From: Azolla caroliniana
Lineage: Eukaryota; Plantae; Polypodiophyta
Length of the DNA stretch: 64,000 bases
Assembly: GCA_043228905.1 (NCBI GenBank)
Contig: JBHGNT010000015.1
Location: 5,394,001 to 5,458,000, forward strand
Direction of reading: 5' to 3'
Positions 55,601 through 64,000 of the stretch are shown here, in pieces (position 1 is the stretch's first letter; each line of letters opens with the position of its first letter). A program made the position numbers and the translations under genes. A model generated the notes under the pieces. It saw only the letters and a list, made by a program, of their open reading frames with translations, had not been told where the DNA came from and ran no database searches.

Positions 55601-58600
55601 CTCCCACTTAGAGACAGAATCCGACAATTGAAATTAGAGCAGGTTGTTGCCCTCTTCTTCCGGTTTCTTTGACATTCATCTGTTTTGTAATTTCAAAGTA
55701 AATACAGCATATTTTATTCACCGCAGTACAGTGTGACTGGGTTCAAACTAGTGACCAGTCCAGTTGCAGTCAACTCCACCATTAAGCTATACTGGGTTAT
55801 TTGATCACTTGGTCACTTGCAATGGCTGAGAATAATCATGTATTCTGGATGTTGGTTATTGAGGTAAACTGAATGGGCCCAACTATCCATTGTGGGCGTA
55901 TATGATGAGGCATGTATTGATGGTAAAAGGCTTATGGACACTGTGCAGGGTGTTGAAATACATCCTCCAATACATGCAAATATGACAATGGGTGATGTAG
56001 GTGGTGTTGAAGATGATGATCGCCAACTTCTTGGTTTTGTTGCAATTCCTATTGTACATATTGTAGAGCAGATTTGTTGCGATTGCAGAGTTGCACAAGC
56101 TCAAGCACAAGCACATGCATTGATAGGAATTTCTATCAAACATGCTATTATTTGCTCATGCAAAAGTGCAAAAAAAGTTTGAGATACTCTTACCACATTG
56201 TATGGAGCAATAAATGAGGCTTGTGTCTCTTACCTTCAAAAACAGTTGGGCAGTGAGCATATGAATGAAAAAAATTCTATGGATGCTTTTTTGACTAAGA
56301 ATAAGGATCTGAAAGAGTAGTTGATTTCTGCTGAGGAAATCCTGCCTAATAGCTCCCTTGTGCAAATTCTTTTACATGGTCATCCTGACTATTAGTAGAG
56401 GTTGACTTCTTCTCTTCTACTTCTAAAACTATAACCAACAGCATGCGGTAGCTTTGTTATCCAATTTCCTATGTTTGTTTTACTGGAACCAAAGCATATG
56501 CGAAACATCCCAAAACATGCAAATGATCAATGGATGGGTTTTTGGCCATCTCATGTCTCATACAATGCTTTTTTGTGACTCCTATCAAGAACATAGGCAA
56601 TACATAACTACTTTAAGCCAATATTGTGGCAGACTTCTAATCATGCATTTTGCCATTTCCATAAGAGATCTATTTTTCATGTAAAAGCCAAAATTGTGGC
56701 AACGACTGACTTCTAATCATGCATCTTGTCCTTTCCATGAGAGATCTATTTTTCATGTCAGCTACACCATTTTGTTGAGGTGTATCACATGCTGAAGCAT
56801 TTTCAGCCATGGACAATAAAATTTTAAAGCATGAAAACTTATAAGATTTTGACTTTAGATTATAAATCCAAGCTTGTCTAATTCCCAAATAATGGTGTTT
56901 GCATAGAACCACAAACATCACTGTGAATAACCTACTCAGCTCGCAAGGAAGATTGTTTCATTTATTTCAAAATGAAGCCTTGACATGTTTAGGTGGTGTC
57001 TCCAGTTTGGTAGAGGAAACCATATTTGATTTTTGCAGCCACAATAAAATAGCAAGGTTTGAATTACCAAAGTGATCATGCCAAAGTTTTATGTCTAAAA
57101 CAGTACGTTAATCATGTAATTTGCGTGCTCATATTTCTATTATCATTTATGGGCCTATCCAATGATGGTATCACCTTGAGAGAGATCATGCAGAATACAT
57201 CTAACATCAACAAATTTTACAATAAGCCAATCTTTGCGAGTGTTGAAACTGACAATAAATTGTTCTTGAGCCCCAGTACTTACTGAGCATTTGAAAGAGT
57301 GAAACTACTACCACCTGTTGCAACAAGCATGATTCTATCAATACCCATGACAAGATATGATGCATTAATAGTGCATATACTTTGAAATAGCAAACAGAAG
57401 AGAGTCAAGGATGGCCAAAAGAAGACGATGATCGCTCTGATACGAACTGTTGGATTCTGTTGTTGAAAAAATACACAGGCAGCTGAAAATAGAAGAAAAT
57501 ATATTGAAAAAGGAACTGTACCTAAGCACCTTAACCGAAAGGGTTATACTTCTTGGCTAGGTTAAAAAAACTCCTAAGAGGTATGAAAGTGCTAGCCATC
57601 CTAATCATGTTCACATACATTAATCTTAAGTGTCATCATACACCTTATCACAATATATGAAGAGGATTTGGGGTGTTTGCATCACTATTTGGGCATTCAG
57701 TTAATGCAAGTTGATGGGGGAAAGCAATGTGTCAAACAGAGAATAATATGGCATACCTTTTCGGAACAGCTATGCCTAGGGAGAAGTTTGAAGCTTTTCA
57801 CAAAGCTTTGGGCTTACTACCTTTTGTGGATTTATTTCATTCCACATAGCTTGGCACTTCCTATTTTTGAGTGCCAGTTCTATGTTCAACGCATCACTCT
57901 CAGGGGGGGGCTGGGGGAGTTGTTCATATATTGTGATAGTGATGTGTGAACACATGTAGGATAATAGGGTATCTCTTTAGGAGGTTTTTATTATAGCCCA
58001 AAAGTAAACATTATGATTAAGCCACTTAGTTGCAGTTCCTTTTCTGATAAATTCGCTCCCATTTTCCCAAAGTGATAGAATCCAACATACCCAAAACTAT
58101 TGACATATACGTTATCTCAAAGTTGGGTTCTTGGTGTTACATTTGAAGTGCCCCATTTCATGTTGTTTTCAATTAATGGACTGTTAATGAATTTCATCAT
58201 CCAGTTGGGTGCTTGTGTTCATGAGGACAGAATATAAGGCATGACCCCTGAGATATTTTATTATATCTTGTCTAGCTTTGATTAGGTGTAATTCATTGAA
58301 GTAGCTAAAACAGTGAAGAAATTAATGTTTGTTTTATAAATTTGGATAGTTACACTCTTTCATTAATGAACAACCCTATGCTTGGATAAAAAGTTCATAA
58401 GGAGAGGTCTGGTTCTGTATCCTTAAAATGTTTAGGGTTTTACGTAGTTTTCTTTTCTTTTAGATATAAACCAGATGTAAATCTTTCGCAATATGTAGTT
58501 ATGATGTCTGATGGGGTGAGAAGAGTCTTGATTTCCACTAGGTAGGACATCTGAGGAATCTCTGATTTATTATGTTATAAAAACCATTGGCTTCAGTAGA

Positions 58601-61600
58601 GATAAGCATCAAACAAGAAGATTGAGTCTTGGGATCAGAACAGAGAAGTTGCAAACAGAGAGGTGGTTGTCACACAGGACCTAAAAGGTGTGGATTGCAA
58701 CAAAAGCCTATAAGCATCAAACACGAAGATTGAGTCTTAGGATCAGAACAGAGAAGGTGCAAACAGAGAGGTGGTTGTGACACATGACCTAAAAAGTATG
58801 GACAGCAGCAACAGCCTGCAGATAAGCATAGAGGCTAGGATTTGTAGGATAAGAGGAGAAAATCTAAATGTATATACTTTGTAAAATGGCATGAAATATG
58901 CTTTGGCACAAAAGAATGGAGCTAGTTGAATCTTTTATTTACATTATACAATGACCTGAAATATGATTCAGCATGGGTAGTTGAAAAATGAAATATAATT
59001 TGCATTTTCTTGCTTTTCTTGCTTAGGTATTCTATTCTGGTAGTAGCCTTGGACAGCTTCATGCGTGGGACTTCAGGGGAGGACACAACTCTGCTGCATT
59101 TGTGGCCCCTAGCCAAGTAGGTCCATAACTTAAAAATAGGCTGGGTTGGGAATCACTCATACAATAATGTTACTGATTTTCAGGCTTTTAATCCACCATT
59201 TTCTACTTGGAAAATTGCAGCACTCTTGCAAGAGATACCTTCATTGCAAGTGCGTTTCTATTTTCTTTTATTCCTACATATTAATATTTTTCAGGCCCTC
59301 AACCTATTGACAAGTGATCTCTATATTTGAATTGGTATCTGTGCAGGCACAGACAGAAATAGAGACAAGCGGCATCCAGTCAGTTCATCTGAACCCGTGC
59401 TGTGAGAAACAGCTTGCATTTCATCTCAACAATGGATGGTGATATTTCCCTTCTAGCAACTTTAGTGATAAAGGTTCAAGCAGAAGTTCAGAATATAGAT
59501 GGAAACTTGTGATTAAGAATTGAACCTCCAGTGAAATATAATGGTTCTGAATTTTACATTGATCTATTTCAGGGAAAGTAAATGAAAGGAATATCAGCCC
59601 CCCTGCAACTGTGTAAACAGATGGGTGTGGAAACATGTATATTTAAGCTCTATCCAATAGGGATGCATGGTGTGAATGCCAGTCACAACAAAGCTTTGTC
59701 ATTCTTAGCTTGCTATTAGAAGTCAATTGCTGGTTCCATGGGAAATGCAATATATGGAACATCAGGCCTGTCCAACTCGCTCCTTGCTCCTAGTGTGGAA
59801 ACCAATGGGCATGGAGACACCCGTGTTTAAGATCTATCCCATAGGGATACATGGTGTGAATGCTAGTCATAACTCATCCCCATGTCCATCAGAAATTGAA
59901 CTTTGAAAGCAGGGATCCTTTAATGACATCTTTCATGTGCATTGGGCTTGAATAATCAAACTTGTGAAGATTCAAGGACACAAAAGTCCAATATTTGCAA
60001 GTTTGCAATATCTGCTATACATGCTTTGGACTTCATATCTCACTTTTGATATTAATAGTAGACACAAGTTTTATTAATAGAAAAATTGTCTTGATTCAGA
60101 AGCCAGAATAATGTGGGGAAAATAATTCTCTGGATAAGAAGCCAATTGAGTGACCTATGTTACATGATCATGCTACTACAATGAGAATTGTCATGTGGCA
60201 TAATGATCTATATGACATTTGGTATTTCCGTTAGTGATATAATTTAGGTGCAACTACAAGTTTTATTAATACAAAATTTTCTTGATTCAGAAGCCAGAAT
60301 AATGTGGGGAAAATAATTCTCTGGATAAGAAGCCAATTGAGTAATCTATGTCATGTGATCATGCTACCCCAATGAGAATTGTCATGTGGCATAATGATCT
60401 ATATGACATTTGGTGTTTCTGTTAGTGATATAATTTAGGTGCAACTAGCAGCTCTATTTGAAGTTCGTATGACTTATAGTTTCTTAGATTCATTTGAAAA
60501 TTTTCTCATTTTTACTAAAGAGTGAATATTTATTTCTTTTTATAAAGGTGATATAAAGATATTTTGTGGACTTGGATAGGTCAGGCGTGTTTGATTTGTC
60601 TAGTCTTGACATAACACATGTACATTGCCCTCCACCGCCTTGGTTATACGGCGACAGGTATTTTTAAGAAGTATTTTGTTATTCCTGTGTAACATCGTAT
60701 TCATATGTTTGTTATATTTTTTATGTCAATCATGAGTTTGGCCAAATATGTTTGTCCTTGAGCCTGATTTTAATGAATCTTAGCTCTTCTGCCATGCTCT
60801 ACATGATGGAGTGGGACTTCACTTATTAACATTAGAAATGGATAGATTGCATTGTTATCTGTGAATAAATGCATTCCTATATTATTGTCTTCCTTTCCAA
60901 CACAGTTTGGAGCAAGAATGTCAGTCTCATTAAAATGAGGAATATATGTAATTCTGACCACCTTGAATAGGATATCATAGAATGATATTACAAACAGTAA
61001 AAAGATATTTTGATTGCATGCTATGTATGCCATATGGCCTATGACATATGCCAGTCAGACTGTTAAAGTTTACTCTTGATGCCTAGCATCATTCCAAATT
61101 CAAGAGGCCAATATCTCTTCTGATCCTAGAACATCTCGTATCCAGCACTCAAAGTTCAAGGACATGGAATGAATTCAAAATGTTGACATGTATGATATAC
61201 CATTGGGAATAACCCTAAACCCTGCTTCCCTAGATTCTTTTTGTCTTACATCTAGCCCAAATTCCCTATTCTGTTCTAAACTCCAACAAAACCCTGAAAA
61301 TTCAGAATATAATATTAGAATGCATCAATACATGAAACAACTTGGTAAGCAAGAAGCCGTCACGAGATACTGGATGATGTATGGGAATTCGTACATTTGG
61401 GATTGCCTACAAGAGTCTGAGTGCATGTAGCTAGTTTGTGGATAGAAACAAATGCCTCACACATGTATTGAGTCTAAGGTACTAAGAGTAAATCTCAGAA
61501 AAAGAAACTGAGGAATCATATCCCAAGACCATTAATGTTCCATTATACACAAGGGTAGTAGCTCTTGAAATGACAAATCTGAGCAAGGATTAGGACAAGT

Positions 61601-62994
61601 TCATTACAAGACATTTCTTCCAGGGAGTTATGTTAGTAGCTCTCAAGGTGAAATCTTAGCAAGGATTAGGAGCGATAGGCTAAGTCAGGTATACCTACTG
61701 ACTTTATTGTTGAATTTTGAGCGAAGTACGTGAGGCCTTGAAAGTTTATATTCTGCTGGTATGCAAGAGAAAAATGAATGTGAGATCTATTCCTTTGCCC
61801 CTGCTTTCCCATCCTATTCAACATTACAGTAACTGGTGAAATTGACATATGCAGAGACGAAGATATCCTTGTGAACACGACAACTCTTCTAGAAAGAAAG
61901 CCCACATGGTTGTCAGCACATTCTGTAAGTAAAAAAAACTTTAATTTCTGGGTGAATTTTTTTTGGATGTAGTAGTAACTGTACATCTGATTGAAAAAGA
62001 CCTCTTTGATTAGTTTTCATGAAGATTACTTAAGCTTGTCTTTAAGGTTGGACCGTTTGAATTAGGCTTAGCAGGTCTAGAAGGTTCTGTCTTGTAGATA
62101 ATAACTTCATTGCCCTTTAGTTTTGCAAGATCCGATGACAAGTTTCACTGTGACATCTATACAGAACACTCATTTTCAAGCTGAGAGGTGATAAACTCGT
62201 GTTGATAGCCTTACTAGAGGGTCTCCAAATATTTAGAAAGATCACAGAGACAGAAAATGATGTAGAAACTTCTTCAGAGATGAGAGTCTGTAATGCATGT
62301 ATTCAGAACAATAAACCTCTTGTGAGGTTAGGGCTTCATGAAGCATTTCTGGTTATGAGGAAGCAAGTCTATTTTTGATAGTGGTGATATATAGTTAGAT
62401 TATGGGCAATGTATGAATGCATTGTAATTTAGCAAGAGAGATGATGAATATAGAACGAACACTTGCTAAGGTTAGGATTGCTGGGAGAACACTGATATGG
62501 AGGACCAGTTCACCTATGGCATGATAATGTATTGGTCTTACCTATCTCTAGGACCTGAATAACTTGATGCTCAAACTATCTTATTCTATTCTTTTTGTTT
62601 TTATTGCAGATTTACGCATGTCCTTCTCTATCCAGTTCTAAAATTATTTTCCTGGACTTTCGTGCCAGACTATGTTCACCGCATCATGTTGAAAATGGGT
62701 AAGTGCTATTTGTTTCATTCAGTAAATTGACCATTGTAAGTTACCTGACAGATGAAACCTGTATACAGAAATGAAGCTCCAACAACTCACGTTGAGACTC
62801 CTACATCAGTAACAGTGGGAGTTTGTGCATCACATCCACTAAATGATTGTATAGTGGCAGGGACGCCGGTAAGTTGTTACATGTGATAACAAAGACAGAT
62901 TATTTTCTCCGTACTAAAGCAACTATTGTTTAAAATTGGGAATCCTATCTCTCAGGGAGCATCTATACTCATTATTGGACATCAAAATGGATAA
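46666..62994 (+). CDS. WD40-repeat protein (resembles Arabidopsis At5g12920 family), 17 exons
   Basis: In-phase GT-AG exons: 46666-46881, 47661-47705, 47993-48093, 49591-49624, 49910-49988, 50115-50206, 53382-53456, 54884-54969, 55066-55195, 59027-59116, 59184-59249, 59347-59438, 60580-60657, 61855-61924, 62610-62698, 62769-62868, 62956-62994. Motifs [79 protein letters not shown]. Confidence 0.9.
50884..51958 (-). mobile_element. Miniature non-autonomous Ty1/copia LTR element (1075 bp) retaining only RNase H, in a WD40 intron
   Basis: TG...CA LTRs at 50884-51119 and 51722-51958; TSD AAGAT; PBS TGGTATCAGAGC (51721-51710); purine tract at 51131-51120. ORF with [20 protein letters not shown]...SWKSKRQ...TEAEY...[13 protein letters not shown]...NLFTKPL. 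Confidence 0.95.
55341..58087 (+). mobile_element. Degraded Ty1/copia element in a WD40 intron, with an inverted same-family segment inside
   Basis: TSD TACCC (55336-55340, 58088-58092). 5' LTR 55341-55530 plus PBS TGGTATTAGAGC; PPT GGGGGGGGCTGGGGGAG plus 3' LTR 57921-58087; gag relic NYPLWAYMM; RT relic [11 protein letters not shown]. On the minus strand: LTR ~57663-57448, PBS-like CGTATCAGAGC, and integrase [15 protein letters not shown]. Confidence 0.85.
58600..58830. repeat. Intronic tandem duplication (~108-bp unit x2)
   Basis: ATAAGCATCAAACA.GAAGATTGAGTCTT.GGATCAGAACAGAGAAG occurs twice. Confidence 0.85.
60065..60447. repeat. Intronic tandem duplication (~192-bp unit x2)
   Basis: CAAGTTTTATTAATA...TAATTTAGGTGCAACTA occurs twice. 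Confidence 0.9.
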
Positions 62995-64000
62995 GATAGC
63001 TGCCTTGAACGTCTGAACTAGTTTAGCGCCCAAAATATGGACCTCATAAGATGGGAGTTTGTAACTTGTATGATTTTTTTTATACTCGAGAAACATTTAC
63101 AGTTCTGTAGGTAACTTGTTCTGTAAATATTCCACTCATTCTGTAAATATTCCAGCATTCATGTTATGGTGGTGTATACTAGTAACCTTATTTTACTTTG
63201 CACAGCCTCGTTCGTTCTTCACAATACTACATGATAAGACTCATCCCAAAGGTTTATGTCATCGCAGAGGCAGCTGGTTATTCAGGACAATTTGGATCTT
63301 GATAGTTGTAGCCAGATTATAACCTTTTCTGTATAATTTCCTTCAATATAGGCAAGATAATGATTTGTCCCCTTTGCGGTTTAAGAATGTCCTCTCTTCC
63401 TTCACAGTTGCATACTTTATGATATGTGGAATTATAGGGATATGTAATGCGTTGGAAGTAATTACCATAAAAACATAATTATTCTTCAATTATACTTTTG
63501 GTTCAATGTAACTCTAATATTTTGGTAACTGTAGTAGCAACATCTCTAAGACCTTGTCCTTGCAAATATATTTGAACATTATATTTTAATATAAGATAAT
63601 GATCTCTATCAAGCTTCTTTGGTTTTGCCTCTTGTATCAACAGCTTTCTACTTCTGAATAATATCTCAAATCAAGATGAATGTTTATGTGCACAGTTATG
63701 AGGTTAAATGTTTTTGTATTTGAAATTAGATTTTAAATTATTGTGGAATTTGTGATATCTAGTAAAATGGAAATTATGCCAAAGTTTTAGCCATATGATT
63801 TTGACGAGTAAAATGGAGTCATGACTAGTAGATACCCGATGAGAAGATCACAATCACCTTGAATATTGAATAAATTCTATTGCTTCAAGTAGTTAGTCTA
63901 ACAACAACCATTGAGAGAGATCACCGTGCTTTCATCTTGGTTACTTTGAAATAATGTGAATCATCTATGAATAGCTTTGATGAAGAAACCTTAATTTGGG

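Noticed and set aside
55892-56182. 96-aa intronic ORF as a nested gene
   Set aside because: It lies within the decayed gag region of the TSD-bounded Copia element.

Overview
Nuclear DNA from a land plant. It is AT-rich, has GT-AG introns and many retroelement relics; the protein sequences look non-angiosperm or fern-like, which is inference only. Seven spliced genes can be rebuilt by hand: TRAPPC11 exon 1 (- strand, runs off the left edge); a plastid-targeted 'homer-like' membrane protein; a LisH-domain disordered protein with NPAT-like motifs (-); mitochondrial succinyl-CoA ligase alpha; TFIIH subunit TFB5; an orphan ~839-aa protein with six in-frame 73-aa repeats; and a 17-exon WD40 gene. 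Intergenic and intronic DNA holds a LINE interrupted by an LTR-like insert, degraded Ty3/gypsy pieces, two Copia-derived intronic elements with clean 5-bp TSDs, an element bounded by inverted LTR ends and a 5-bp TSD, a foldback, and many local tandem duplications, several just upstream of genes. Family assignments are from recalled sequence motifs; no database search was run.
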